From contig CBDBGH010000003.1 in NCBI GenBank assembly GCA_965205265.1, positions 1,696,001 to 1,760,000 of the forward strand: a stretch of 64,000 bases of DNA. The letters run 5' to 3'. Numbering within the stretch: the stretch's first letter is position 1; each line of letters begins with the position of its first letter. Below are positions 40,393 through 50,386 of this stretch, piece by piece. A program made the translations under genes and the position numbers. A model generated the notes under the pieces. That model saw only the letters and a list, made by a program, of their open reading frames with translations. It had not been told where the DNA came from and made no database searches. This stretch comes from Alphaproteobacteria bacterium (lineage in GTDB: Bacteria; Pseudomonadota; Alphaproteobacteria; Bin95).

Positions 40393-42528
40393 CTATCTCC
40401 GCCCGAACGCCGCCGGGTGAGGCGTCTCGTCGGCATCGTCGTCGGAGGCGGCAGGCCGCTGGATGACGAGGTCCACCACAAGGCACCCCAGCGGGCCCAC
40501 GCGCAGCCGGTCGCCCGGACCGATGACGGTCGTCGATTCCGGCTCTTCGATGACCGCAGGCCCGGCGATCTCCTGCCCGACGCGCAGCGCCGCGCGCTCA
40601 TACACCGGCGCCTGCTCCATGCCGGAGCCGGCCGGGACATGGATGTCCCGCCATGCCTTGGGCGCGGCGTCGGCCGGCGCCGGCGGCCGCGCGATGGCGA
40701 GCGCGGGCGGGGGCTGGCTCGCATGCACCCTTATGCTTGCGAGTTCGACGGGATTGTCGTCGTCCACCTTGCCGTAATGCGAACGATAAAGCGCCTCGAA
40801 GCGCGCCTCCCAGTCGCCTTTCGTCGAGGGGGCGTCGCACGGTCCGGAGACCTCAATCTCAAGCGGGTAGTCCTGGCCCGAATAGCGCAGATCGACGCTG
40901 CGGCGCAGAATGGCGGCGGCGCCGTCCGGCATCAGCTCTCCGGCCTCGGCTTCGAGCGCGCGGAAACCGGCTTCGAGCGCGGCCGGGTCCACCGCTTTCA
41001 GGATCCGCCTCACGGCGCGGCTCCGCTCGAACGCGACCGGGGCGGCAAGCAGTCCGAGCGACGACATGACGCCCGAATGGGGCGGCACGACGAGGCGCGG
41101 GCAGCCGAGCTTGCGGGCGAGCCCGGCCGCGTGAACGGGCCCGGCCCCGCCGAACGCGACCAGCGAGAGTTCGGGCGGCGCCTTGCCCTTCTCGGCGCAA
41201 TAGATTCGGGCCGCCGCCGCCATGTTCTCGTTGACGATCTCGTGAATCCCCGCCGCCGCTTCGAGAGGCGTGAGGCCGGTCGCTTCCGCAAGATGCGTCC
41301 CGACGGCCCGCTCCGCCGCAGCCCGGTCGAGCGCCATGCGCCCGCCCAGGAAGTAGTCGGGGTTGAGGTAGCCGAGCGCGAGGTCCGCATCCGTCACCGT
41401 CGGCGCCGCGCCGCCCAGGCCGTAGCATGCGGGTCCGGGCGTCGAACCGGCGCTGTCGGGTCCGACCCGGATGAGGCCGAGATCGTCGACGCGGGCAATG
41501 CTGCCGCCTCCCGCCCCGATTTCGAGCAGGTCATAGACCGGCACCGCTGCGGGGAGGCCGCTCCCGGACTTGAACCGGTGCTGGCGGTCCACCTCGTAGC
41601 TACGGGTCCGCGCGGCCCGGCCGTCCTCGATGATGCAGAGCTTCGCCGTCGTTCCGCCCATGTCGAACGACAACAGGTTGTCGATCCCCGCGAGACGCCC
41701 GAAATAAGCCGCCGCCTCGACCCCGGCGGCCGGTCCCGATTCGACGATCTGGACCGGCACCCGTTTTGCCGTCTCGACCGTTGCGGTGCCGCCGTTCGAC
41801 AGCATGACGAACAGCCGGTTCCGGTAGCCGCGCCCGGCCAGCCCTTCCGCCAGCCGCTCCAGATAGCCCTCCGCCACCGCCTTGACATAGGCGTCGAGCA
41901 CGGTGGTCGAGGTGCGTTCGTATTCCTTGGGCTCGGGATGCACCTCATGCGACAGCGACAGGGTGGCGGCCGGAAGCTCCTCGCGCAGGATTGCCGCCGC
42001 GCGGCGCTCATGGACGCTGTTGCGGTAGGAATGGAGGAACGAGACCGCGACCGCCCCGACGCCCTCGCCGCGGAAGACGGCCGCCGCCCGGCGGACGGCC
42101 GCTTCGTCAAGCGGAAGGAGCACCCTGCCGTCCGCCAGCACCCGTTCCGGAACGCCGAGCCGCAGCCGGCGGGGAACCAGCGGCTCGGGCAGGCGGATGA
42201 ACATGTCGTAAATGTCGTAGCGGACCTCCCGGGCCAGTTCGAGGATGTCGCGGAAGCCTTCGGTCGTGAGCAGTCCGGTCTTCGCCCCCTTGCGTTCGAG
42301 GATGGTGTTGGTGACGAGGGTCGTCGCGTGGATCGCCTCGGAAGTCCGGCCCAGCAGGCCGGGAATCGCGCCGGAGAGGTCGGCGATGCCGCGCATGACC
42401 GACTCCTCGGGCGCCTGTGCGGAGGTCAGGGTCTTCCCGACCCGGATAGTGCCGTCGGCGTCGTTGACCGCCGCGAAGTCGGAAAAGGTCCCGCCGATGT
42501 CGATGCCGAGGCGATAGCTGGCGGTCAT
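40393..42528 (-). CDS. Hydantoinase A/oxoprolinase subunit
   Basis: GIDIGGTFSD, ESGPAAG, DMGGTT, GAGGGSIA, PGPACYG; start MTASYR at 42528. Confidence 0.9.
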   Translation of the reverse strand: MTASYRLGIDIGGTFSDFAAVNDADGTIRVGKTLTSAQAPEESVMRGIADLSGAIPGLLGRTSEAIHATTLVTNTILERKGAKTGLLTTEGFRDILELAREVRYDIYDMFIRLPEPLVPRRLRLGVPERVLADGRVLLPLDEAAVRRAAAVFRGEGVGAVAVSFLHSYRNSVHERRAAAILREELPAATLSLSHEVHPEPKEYERTSTTVLDAYVKAVAEGYLERLAEGLAGRGYRNRLFVMLSNGGTATVETAKRVPVQIVESGPAAGVEAAAYFGRLAGIDNLLSFDMGGTTAKLCIIEDGRAARTRSYEVDRQHRFKSGSGLPAAVPVYDLLEIGAGGGSIARVDDLGLIRVGPDSAGSTPGPACYGLGGAAPTVTDADLALGYLNPDYFLGGRMALDRAAAERAVGTHLAEATGLTPLEAAAGIHEIVNENMAAAARIYCAEKGKAPPELSLVAFGGAGPVHAAGLARKLGCPRLVVPPHSGVMSSLGLLAAPVAFERSRAVRRILKAVDPAALEAGFRALEAEAGELMPDGAAAILRRSVDLRYSGQDYPLEIEVSGPCDAPSTKGDWEARFEALYRSHYGKVDDDNPVELASIRVHASQPPPALAIARPPAPADAAPKAWRDIHVPAGSGMEQAPVYERAALRVGQEIAGPAVIEEPESTTVIGPGDRLRVGPLGCLVVDLVIQRPAASDDDADETPHPAAFGRR

Positions 42529-42957
42529 GCGGCGAGTCCCGATGTTCGCGGCGTCCGGGGCGGTGCGCCGCCGCCGGCGATTTGCCCGGCATCCGACTGT
42601 AACAATGCAGCATTCGGCCGGGCAAGCAAGCGAATTGTTCCAAATATTCGAGTAATATTTCTCCATAGGGATTGCATTTTCAGAAAGTGTGCTATGATGG
42701 GTCCGAGGGAAGCGGCGTCCATGGACCGCTTCCCGCCCGCGCCGGTCCGGTGCGGCACGACCCCGATCCAGCCGACAGGTGAAGTGTGTCCTGTGCCCGC
42801 CTCGCGCGCGGGCAATCAGGCGCGCGAACCGCGCCGCCGCGAAACGCCCGCCCGCCCGCGCACAGGCGCCCGCGCAGGATGACGCGCGAATAAGGGTCGC
42901 TCCGGTGCCGGGGCGGTGTGCCGGATGAACATGAGACGAAACCAAGGAGCCGCACCC

Positions 42958-43869
42958 ATGCCCGCGCTCGACCCGACCCTCTCCCTCTCCTCCCGCCAGG
43001 AAGCCTTCTGCCGCCACTACACAGCCTCCGGCAATGCCGCAGACGCCGCAAGGCGCGCCGGCTATGCCGAACGCTCCGCAAGGCAGACCGGCTCCGCTCT
43101 GCTGGAACGCCCCTGGATCGTCGAGCGGGTGCGGCGCATCCGCATGTCGTGGCGGCGCACCGAGCGGGACGAGGCGCAGATCGTGCTCGCCCGTCTGGAG
43201 CAGGCCTGGGATGCGGCGGTCGCCAGCGGGTCCGCCTACATGATGGTCCGGATCGTCCGCTTCCAGGCGGAGATTGCGGGGCTGACGCAGCCCGCCAACC
43301 GGGCGGCGCTCTGGTCGATGCCGGAGGAGGACGAGTTCGGGGAGATCGAGGCCGGCGAGGCGCAGGAGGCCGGCACCGTGCCGGGACCCCTCGCCGAAGC
43401 CGTGCGCAATGGCCGTGCCCGCGCCGAGCGCGCCCTTGCCCGCCATTGCGGGAACAGGGAGGCGATGGAGGCAGGGGAAGGCTTCGACAGAGCCGCCCAT
43501 GCCATGACCGCCGAACGGCTCATGGCGGCCGTCGAGGAGCGCGAGAGCCTGCCCGTCTGCTTCGACCCGCCGCCGCCTCCGGCAAACGACCTGCCCCTCG
43601 CTGACGACCCGCCCGAAGACACCTACGACCCCGAGCGGTTCCCCGGCGAGTGGGCCGACGGCGACCGCCCGGGCGAGGAGGAGAGGGCCGAGGGCGCGGA
43701 GACCGACTGGCTCTACCAGCGCCGCAACGACTATGCCGAGATCCACGACCCCTGGTCGCCGGAAAACATCGAACGCCGCCAGGCCGACAGCCTCAACCGG
43801 CTCGAGAATGGGCCGCCCTTCAACCCGCCCGACAACGCCGGTTTCGCACCCGATCATGACAAAACATGA
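42958..43869 (+). CDS. Orphan protein with N-terminal terminase-small-subunit-like HTH and acidic low-complexity C-terminus
   Basis: LSSRQEAFCRHY..SGNAADAARRAGYAERSARQTGSALL resembles the TerS HTH; AAGGAG RBS upstream. Confidence 0.7.
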   Translation: MPALDPTLSLSSRQEAFCRHYTASGNAADAARRAGYAERSARQTGSALLERPWIVERVRRIRMSWRRTERDEAQIVLARLEQAWDAAVASGSAYMMVRIVRFQAEIAGLTQPANRAALWSMPEEDEFGEIEAGEAQEAGTVPGPLAEAVRNGRARAERALARHCGNREAMEAGEGFDRAAHAMTAERLMAAVEERESLPVCFDPPPPPANDLPLADDPPEDTYDPERFPGEWADGDRPGEEERAEGAETDWLYQRRNDYAEIHDPWSPENIERRQADSLNRLENGPPFNPPDNAGFAPDHDKT

Positions 43870-44024
43870 CATCCCATGACACGGCGCCGGAAGGTCGTCC
43901 CGGCCTGCACCGCTTTCGCGAGGGCAGGCGAGTGGGGGCGCTGCGGGGAAGGCCGGGAGGGGGTCGGCGGCCGTGCGGCCTGGCTAATCCTGGCCGGGTC
44001 GGGCCAGGGCCCTGCAGTGAAAGC

Positions 44025-44819
44025 TCAGGGGTCGAGCGTAAGTGCGACGCGGAAACCGTTGATGTAATAGGCGCGCTCTTCCGAACTCGTCCTGAAGCGG
44101 GTGGCGGAGCGCAGCGATTCGGGGCCGTTCAGCCAGGAGCCGCCCCGCAGCACCCGCCAGTTGCAGTCGCCCGAAAGCCGCGCGCTCCCGTCCGCCGGCG
44201 CACCGGCATGGCCCGGGTTCCAGCAATCCTCGACCCACTCCCACACATTGCCGTGCATGTCGTGGAGGCCGAAGGCGTTGGGCGGATAGGACCCGGCGGG
44301 CTTCGTGCCGCCGCTGCTGTAATTCGCCCGGTCCGGGTCGAGCCGGCCGCCGGTGTGATACGGCCCCGCCGTGCCGGCGCGGGCGGCATATTCCCACTCC
44401 GCTTCCGTCGGCAGGCGGTAGTCCCGGCCCGTCCGGTGCGACAGCCATTCGGCATAGGCCTTCGCATCGAGCCACGACACATGGACGACGGGCTGCCGGC
44501 CCCGGCCCCAGGGCGCGGAGGGGCTGTAGCCGCCGCAGCCGCCGCCGGCGAGGCAGGCATCCCACTCCGCGAAGGTCACTTCACGAACGCCGACCGCCAG
44601 CCGGCGGGCGATCCCGATCCGGCGCGCCGGGGTTTCATGCTCGCGATGCGCGCCTTCCCATGCGGGCGAGCCCATGATGAAACTGCCTTCCGGCAGCACG
44701 ACCATCTCCGGGCATTCCGGGCAGTCGCGGAACCGCTCTCCCGCTTGCTGGGCCAGCGCCGGTTGCGTTGTCCAGACCATAGCCGCAGCAGCGAATGCCA
44801 GGAGGAGGCGCCGTGTCAT
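44025..44819 (-). CDS. Secreted FGE-sulfatase (SUMF1/EgtB/PvdO) domain protein
   Basis: Signal peptide, RDCPECPEMV, RLPTEAEWEYAARAG, HDMHGNVWEW, RGGSW, GFRVA. Confidence 0.9.
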   Translation of the reverse strand: MTRRLLLAFAAAAMVWTTQPALAQQAGERFRDCPECPEMVVLPEGSFIMGSPAWEGAHREHETPARRIGIARRLAVGVREVTFAEWDACLAGGGCGGYSPSAPWGRGRQPVVHVSWLDAKAYAEWLSHRTGRDYRLPTEAEWEYAARAGTAGPYHTGGRLDPDRANYSSGGTKPAGSYPPNAFGLHDMHGNVWEWVEDCWNPGHAGAPADGSARLSGDCNWRVLRGGSWLNGPESLRSATRFRTSSEERAYYINGFRVALTLDP

Positions 44820-45028
44820 CGCCGCCCCTCCTCCCGCGCCGCAAGCAGGGCCAATGCTTCCGTTTCGGCAAGGCCGTCCTCTTCCACCGCGACCAGCACC
44901 GCCTCCGCCGACAGGTTTTCCGGGGCATCGTTGAGCGCCGCCCGCAGTCCTGGCGGCAATGCGTCGTAAGCCGCCATATCCGCCTTTGCCGCGGTCCGCC
45001 GGCCCGTCCTGTGGCGATTGGCGCTCAC
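44816..45028 (-). CDS. Small hypothetical protein (DUF6525-like)
   Basis: DMAAYDALPPGLRAAL; 4-nt overlaps with both neighbours. Confidence 0.55.
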   Translation of the reverse strand: MSANRHRTGRRTAAKADMAAYDALPPGLRAALNDAPENLSAEAVLVAVEEDGLAETEALALLAAREEGRR

Positions 45029-45876
45029 CCGGTCTCCATCGGCAGGGACGGGTCGCGCGCCCATGCCTGGAGGGAATCGTCATAGACGGCGACATTCTCC
45101 TGCCCGAGCAGGTGGAGCGCCATGGCGCCGAGGCTGGCCGCGATGCCGCCGCCGCAATAGGTCACCACGCGCTCCGCTTCCAGCGCGCCGGCCTCATCGA
45201 ATTTCCGCCGCACCTGCGCCATCGGCAGCATCGCGCCGGTCGCCGGATCGACAAGGTCGCGGCTCGGCACATTGACCGTCCCGGCAATGCGCCCCGGCCT
45301 GCCGTAATGCTGCCCGCCGCCCGCATGCTGCTCGGCCGTCAGCGAGTTCAGCACCACGGCGCCCGGATCGGCAAGCGCCGCCTCGACCTCGCTTTGCCCC
45401 ACGAAATAGCCCGGCCGCCGCCTCGCCTCGAAGACCGCCGGCGCCGGCGTCTCGTTCCCTGCGGCAGTCGGGCGTCCTTCGGCCTGCCACTTGGCCCAGC
45501 CGCCGTCGAGCACCGCTGCGCGGTCGTGGCCGAATGCCTTCAGCATCCACCAGAGGCGCGGCGCCCAATGCGGGGTCCCGCCGGAATAGACCACAACGGC
45601 GCTCTCGTTGGAAACGCCGAGCGCCCCCATCGCCCGGCCGAAGCGCGCCTCGCCGGGCAGGGTGAAGCGGAGCCGGCTCTCCGGGTCGGAGAGGTCGTCG
45701 ATGAGATCCGCAAAGACAGCGCCCGGAATGTGGCCCGCGAGATAGTCTCCGCGCCCGCTCACGGCCCGCATGTTGCCGCCCGGCACGGGATGCAGATGGA
45801 CGGTTGCGTCGAGGATGCGAAGCGCCGGATCGCCCAGGCGCGCCGCCAGCCATTCCGTGGAGACGAATGCTTCCAT
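45025..45876 (-). CDS. Tandem-rhodanese sulfurtransferase (SseA-like)
   Basis: GHIPGA, RLWWML, LDGG, YCGGG, YDDSLQAW. Confidence 0.9.
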   Translation of the reverse strand: MEAFVSTEWLAARLGDPALRILDATVHLHPVPGGNMRAVSGRGDYLAGHIPGAVFADLIDDLSDPESRLRFTLPGEARFGRAMGALGVSNESAVVVYSGGTPHWAPRLWWMLKAFGHDRAAVLDGGWAKWQAEGRPTAAGNETPAPAVFEARRRPGYFVGQSEVEAALADPGAVVLNSLTAEQHAGGGQHYGRPGRIAGTVNVPSRDLVDPATGAMLPMAQVRRKFDEAGALEAERVVTYCGGGIAASLGAMALHLLGQENVAVYDDSLQAWARDPSLPMETG

Positions 45877-45922
45877 GAAGGCTACTCTAGCCCGGATTTC
45901 GGGCGGCAGGAACAGGCGGCAA

Positions 45923-46774
45923 GTGGACAGGGATGCGCGGCTGGGCGCGCTTTACATGGTGCTCAGCACCATCATCCTGACGGCGCAGGACGCCATCGCG
46001 AAATGGCTCACCGCCGACTACCATTCCGGCGAAATCCTGTTCTATCGCACGATTTCCGGCATGGCGGTCGTCGCCTGGCTGATGCGCAGGGACGGCGGTT
46101 GGCGGCTCGCCGTCCCGCGCGCCCCGACGCTCACCCTGCTGCGGGGCGTGCTCGCGGTCCTGTGCAGCCTCGTCATTGTCATGTCCTGGGCGGTGCTGCC
46201 GCTCGCGGACGCCATGGCCGTCGTGTTCGTCAGCCCCGTCATGCTGACGATCATGTCGGCGGTTTTGCTGAAGGAGCGCGTCGGCCCGCGCGGCTGGGCG
46301 GCGGTGCTGATCGGTTTCGCCGGCGTGCTGGTGATGATGCGCCCCGGCACTTCCGCGTTCCAGTGGGCGGTCATGGTGCCCATCGCGGCCGCCTTCATCT
46401 CGGCGGGCCGCGACGTCATTACCCGCAAGCTCGGGCCGCTGGAGGCCTCCACCACGATCTTCCTCTACAGCCAGGTCCTGACGCTGGCCGGGGGCGGCCT
46501 CAGCCTGTTCTGGGAGATGAACTGGCCCGGCTGGTTCGACTGGCTGCTGTTCGGCGCCGCGGGCGTGATGGCCGGCATCGCCCAATATCTCATCATCGCA
46601 TCCTTCCGCCTCGCGCCGGCCTCGCTCGTCTCGCCGCTGCGCTATCTCAGCCTGGTCTGGGCGGTCGGCTTCGGCTGGTGGCTCTGGGGCGACCTGCCCG
46701 ATGTGTGGATCGTCACGGGCGGCATCCTCGTCGTCATCGCCGCCATCCTGACAACGCGGCCCGGCCGGCCTTGA
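45923..46774 (+). CDS. DMT/EamA family transporter
   Basis: LPLADA, LKERVG, 10 TM segments; start uncertain. Confidence 0.85.
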   Translation: MDRDARLGALYMVLSTIILTAQDAIAKWLTADYHSGEILFYRTISGMAVVAWLMRRDGGWRLAVPRAPTLTLLRGVLAVLCSLVIVMSWAVLPLADAMAVVFVSPVMLTIMSAVLLKERVGPRGWAAVLIGFAGVLVMMRPGTSAFQWAVMVPIAAAFISAGRDVITRKLGPLEASTTIFLYSQVLTLAGGGLSLFWEMNWPGWFDWLLFGAAGVMAGIAQYLIIASFRLAPASLVSPLRYLSLVWAVGFGWWLWGDLPDVWIVTGGILVVIAAILTTRPGRP

Positions 46775-46822
46775 TTGCCGCCTGCCGCGAGGCCACGATG
46801 CCCGTGCGTCTTTGAGAGGAGC

Positions 46823-47608
46823 ATGCCGATGACTCTGCCCGAATTGCGCCGGTCCGGCCCGATCGCCTATCGCGAGGCAGGCGCGGGCCCCGCTCTCGTG
46901 CTGATGCACGGCATCGGCGGCAGCTCGAAGACCTGGGAGGAGCAATACCGGGCCTTCGCCGGCAACCACCGGGTCATCGGCTGGGACGCGCCCGGCTTCG
47001 GCGGCTCCGACCCGGCGCCGGAGGCGACCGCCGACTGCTGGGCCGACGAGGCGATGGACCTGATGGACCGGCTCGGCGTCGGGACGGCCGCCCTGGTCGG
47101 CCATTCCATGGGCGGGATCGTCGCGCCGCGCGTCGCCTCCCGCCATCCGGGCCGCATCGTCAGGCTCGTCCTGTCCGGGACGCGCGCCGGTTTCATTGGC
47201 GCCCTCGGGTTCGAAGAGCGCCTGCGCGAATTCGACACGCTCACGCCCGAGGAGCGGGGCAGGACGCGGGCCGCCACGATGGCTGCGCCGGGCGCTTCCC
47301 CGGAAGTCCTCGCGCGACTCGCCGGTATCGCGGGCGAAGTCACGCGGGAGGCGTTCGCCGGCGGCGTCGCCGTGCTGGAGGGGACGGACAATCGCGCCAT
47401 CCTGCAAGGGCTCCGCATGCCGGCGCTCGTGCTTTGCGGCATGGAGGACGGCATCGCGCCGCCCGAACGCGGCGAGGAAATCGCGTCGCTGTTGCCGGAT
47501 GTCCAGATGGCCTGTTTCGAGGGCGCCGGACACGCAGCCTATGTCGAGAAGCCGGACGAATACAATGCCCGGCTCGCGGAATTCCTGGCGGAGCAGCCCC
47601 ATGCTTGA
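46823..47608 (+). CDS. Alpha/beta hydrolase
   Basis: HGIGG, GHSMGG nucleophile, GAGH. Confidence 0.88.
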   Translation: MPMTLPELRRSGPIAYREAGAGPALVLMHGIGGSSKTWEEQYRAFAGNHRVIGWDAPGFGGSDPAPEATADCWADEAMDLMDRLGVGTAALVGHSMGGIVAPRVASRHPGRIVRLVLSGTRAGFIGALGFEERLREFDTLTPEERGRTRAATMAAPGASPEVLARLAGIAGEVTREAFAGGVAVLEGTDNRAILQGLRMPALVLCGMEDGIAPPERGEEIASLLPDVQMACFEGAGHAAYVEKPDEYNARLAEFLAEQPHA

Positions 47609-48497
47609 GACCCACGGACGCTACGACCATTCGAGCATCGTCTCGCGCCCGGTCTATGACTGGCCGGACGGAAACCGCCTCGCCGTCTATGTCGCGCTCA
47701 ATGTCGAGGTGTTCGCCTGGGGGCGCGGCAAGGGCGCAGGCGTCGCGCCGCCGGACCAGGCGGTCAGCGCGTCGGTTTATTCCTGGCGCGACTACGGCAA
47801 CCGCGTCGGCATCTGGCGGCTGTTCGAACTGTTCGATGCGCTCGACATTCCCTGCGAAGCGCAGATCAACACCGCCGTCTATGAGCATTGCCCGGACATA
47901 GCGGAGCGGCTTCGGGCGCGCGGCGACGAAATCCTGGGCCACGGCGTCACCAATTCGGACGAACAGGGCGGGCTGCCGGAGGACGAGGAGCGCGCGCATA
48001 TCGAGGAGGTGACGCGCGCGATTGTCGAGAACGAAGGCGCGCCGCCCACCGGCTGGATGAGTCCCTGGCTCTCCAACAGTCCGGTCACGCTCGACCTGCT
48101 CCAGGAAGCCGGCTACCGCTACGTGATGGACTGGACGCATGACGACCAGCCGGTCTGGATGCGGACCCGCTCAGGCGGGCGCATCCTTTCCATGCCCTAC
48201 CCCATCGAGACCAACGACAACCGCGCGCTCGTCTGGTTTCGATACTCGTCCGAAGAGTATGCCGGCATGCTGATCGACTGCTTCGACGAAATGCTGGACC
48301 AGTCCACCGCCATGCCGCTGGTCTTCCCGATCTCGCTGCATCCCTTCGTCGTCGGCCGGCCCTATCGCATGCGCGCGCTGCGCCGGGCGTTCGAGCATAT
48401 CGCCCGCCACCGGGACCGCATCTGGCTCACCCGCCCGGGCGACATCTGCCGCCATGTCGAGAGCCTGCCTTCCGGCACCGTGCCGGGCGATCGTTGA
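47601..48497 (+). CDS. Polysaccharide deacetylase family (PuuE-like) hydrolase
   Basis: WRDYGNRVGIWR, GHG, GWMSP, HDDQP, LHPFVVGRPYR. Confidence 0.85.
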   Translation: MLETHGRYDHSSIVSRPVYDWPDGNRLAVYVALNVEVFAWGRGKGAGVAPPDQAVSASVYSWRDYGNRVGIWRLFELFDALDIPCEAQINTAVYEHCPDIAERLRARGDEILGHGVTNSDEQGGLPEDEERAHIEEVTRAIVENEGAPPTGWMSPWLSNSPVTLDLLQEAGYRYVMDWTHDDQPVWMRTRSGGRILSMPYPIETNDNRALVWFRYSSEEYAGMLIDCFDEMLDQSTAMPLVFPISLHPFVVGRPYRMRALRRAFEHIARHRDRIWLTRPGDICRHVESLPSGTVPGDR

Positions 48498-48506
48498 ACG
48501 GGTCCG

Positions 48507-50357
48507 CTACAGGCCGTAATAGAACGGGAGCATCAGGCTGGCCGTCGCCCAGACGAAGAGCAGCATCGGCAGGCCGGCGCGCACATAGTCCTGGAAGCGG
48601 TATCCTGCCGGGCCCATCACGAGCAGGTTGGTCTGGTAGCCCATCGGCGTCGCGAAGGCGCAATTGGCCGCGAACACCACGGCCACCGCGAAGGGCTCCA
48701 CCGGCGCGCCGAGGCCCTGGGCCAGCGAAACGGCAATCGGCGTAAACAGCACCGCCACCGCCTTCGTGCCGACCAGGTTTGCGAGCCCCGCCACCAGCAG
48801 GAAGAAGGCGGACAGCACCACCGATACCGGCGCGCCGGCAAGCGCGCCCGCCAGCAGGTCGGAAAGGATCGCGGCCCCGCCGGTCTCCTGCAGCGCCTTG
48901 CCGAGCGCCAGCGCCGCGGCGATTGTCAGCACGAGATCGGCCCCGACGGCCCGTCCCGCCTGCCGCAGGGTCATCACGCCCGTCGCCAGCATGGCGGCCG
49001 CGCCGACCATCGCGCCGATCACGATGGGCAGGATGTCCAGGGCCGCCAGCCCGACCACGACGGCGAAGATCGCAAGCGCGCGCCTGGCCTCGGGAGCCGA
49101 CGGCACCTCGCTTGCCGACCACTCGATCGGCAGGATGCCGGGGCGGCCCCGCAGCGCCGCTTTCGCCTCCGCCGTGCCCTGCACCAGGAGCACGTCGCCG
49201 GCGGCGAGCGGCAGGTCTGTGATCGGCCCGTGCCGGCGGGCCGCCCGGCGCTGCACGCCGACCACGACGCAGTTGTAGCGGTAGCGGAAGCCGATCTGCT
49301 CCAGCGTGCGGCCGATCAGCTCCGAGCCCGGCGTCACCAGCACCTCGCCGAGGAGCTGGCGCCCGCGCAGCCAGGGCGGCCTGCCATGCGTCTCGTCCTC
49401 GCGCGCCGCCCAGCTGTCGCCGAGCGAGGGATGCAGCAGGTCCATCTCGCCGCGAACGGCATCGGTCAGCGCCTGCCGCGTGGCGCTCACGATCAGGATG
49501 TCGCCCGGCCTGAGGGCCGCGTCGTCGCCGAAGGGCGGCAGCAGGCGCGCCTCGCCGCGCCGGATCGCATGGACCGTTACATCGGCAAGGTCCGGGAAGA
49601 AGCCGCCGACGGGCATCGACCCGTCGAGAGGCCGGCCCGCGACCACGTCGATCTGCGCGAGGAACTGCCGGCCGGTCGCAAGCCCCTGGCTTCCGGCAGT
49701 GCTGCGCTCCGGCAGCAGGCGGCGCACGACCAGAAGCGCGAACACCAGGCCGGGCAAGGCCACGGCGAGGCCCGGCAAGGTGAAATCGAAGAAGCCGAAG
49801 CCCGGTTGGCCGAGGTCGGTCAGCATGCCGGAAACCAGCAGATTGGTGCTGGAGCCGATCAGGGTCGTCATGCCGCCGAGGATCGAGGCGAAGCTGAGCA
49901 CCATCATCGACCGGCTGGGCGGCGCGCCGCCGCGGCTCGCGAAGGTCTGGAGGATCGGGATGAAGATGACGACGACCGGCGTGTTGTTGAGCACGCCGCT
50001 GATGAGCAGCACCGCTAGCAGGGACGCGACCAGCGCGGTTTCCGACCGGCCGCCCGCGATCCTGAGAAGCGCCCGCGCTCCCTGGTCGAGCGCGCCCGTT
50101 TGCGCCAGCCCCTGCCCCATCACGATCAGTCCGAGCAGCGCCAGCAGGGCAGGATTGGCGAAGCCGGCAAGCAGGGATTCCGGCCCGAGGAGATTGCCGC
50201 CGTCCGGCCCCCTCTCCGGAAAGGCGTGGAATGCCAGCAGAAGCAGGCAAACCACGAAGAGCGAGGAGAATTCGAGCGGCAGCCTGGGCGTGGCATAGAG
50301 CGCCAGCGCCACCGCTATGGCCCCGAAGGCCAGAACCGGACCGAGTTCGCCTTCCAT
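48507..50357 (-). CDS. SLC13 family permease with TrkA-C domains
   Basis: LNNTPVV, GGMTTLIGSSTNL, FATPMGYQTN. Confidence 0.9.
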   Translation of the reverse strand: MEGELGPVLAFGAIAVALALYATPRLPLEFSSLFVVCLLLLAFHAFPERGPDGGNLLGPESLLAGFANPALLALLGLIVMGQGLAQTGALDQGARALLRIAGGRSETALVASLLAVLLISGVLNNTPVVVIFIPILQTFASRGGAPPSRSMMVLSFASILGGMTTLIGSSTNLLVSGMLTDLGQPGFGFFDFTLPGLAVALPGLVFALLVVRRLLPERSTAGSQGLATGRQFLAQIDVVAGRPLDGSMPVGGFFPDLADVTVHAIRRGEARLLPPFGDDAALRPGDILIVSATRQALTDAVRGEMDLLHPSLGDSWAAREDETHGRPPWLRGRQLLGEVLVTPGSELIGRTLEQIGFRYRYNCVVVGVQRRAARRHGPITDLPLAAGDVLLVQGTAEAKAALRGRPGILPIEWSASEVPSAPEARRALAIFAVVVGLAALDILPIVIGAMVGAAAMLATGVMTLRQAGRAVGADLVLTIAAALALGKALQETGGAAILSDLLAGALAGAPVSVVLSAFFLLVAGLANLVGTKAVAVLFTPIAVSLAQGLGAPVEPFAVAVVFAANCAFATPMGYQTNLLVMGPAGYRFQDYVRAGLPMLLFVWATASLMLPFYYGL

Positions 50358-50386
50358 CTACAGAGGCGCCCCGTCCCGCCGGACTG

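Noticed and set aside
42530-44020. Prophage around the TerS-like gene
   Set aside because: No other phage genes; flanked by metabolic genes
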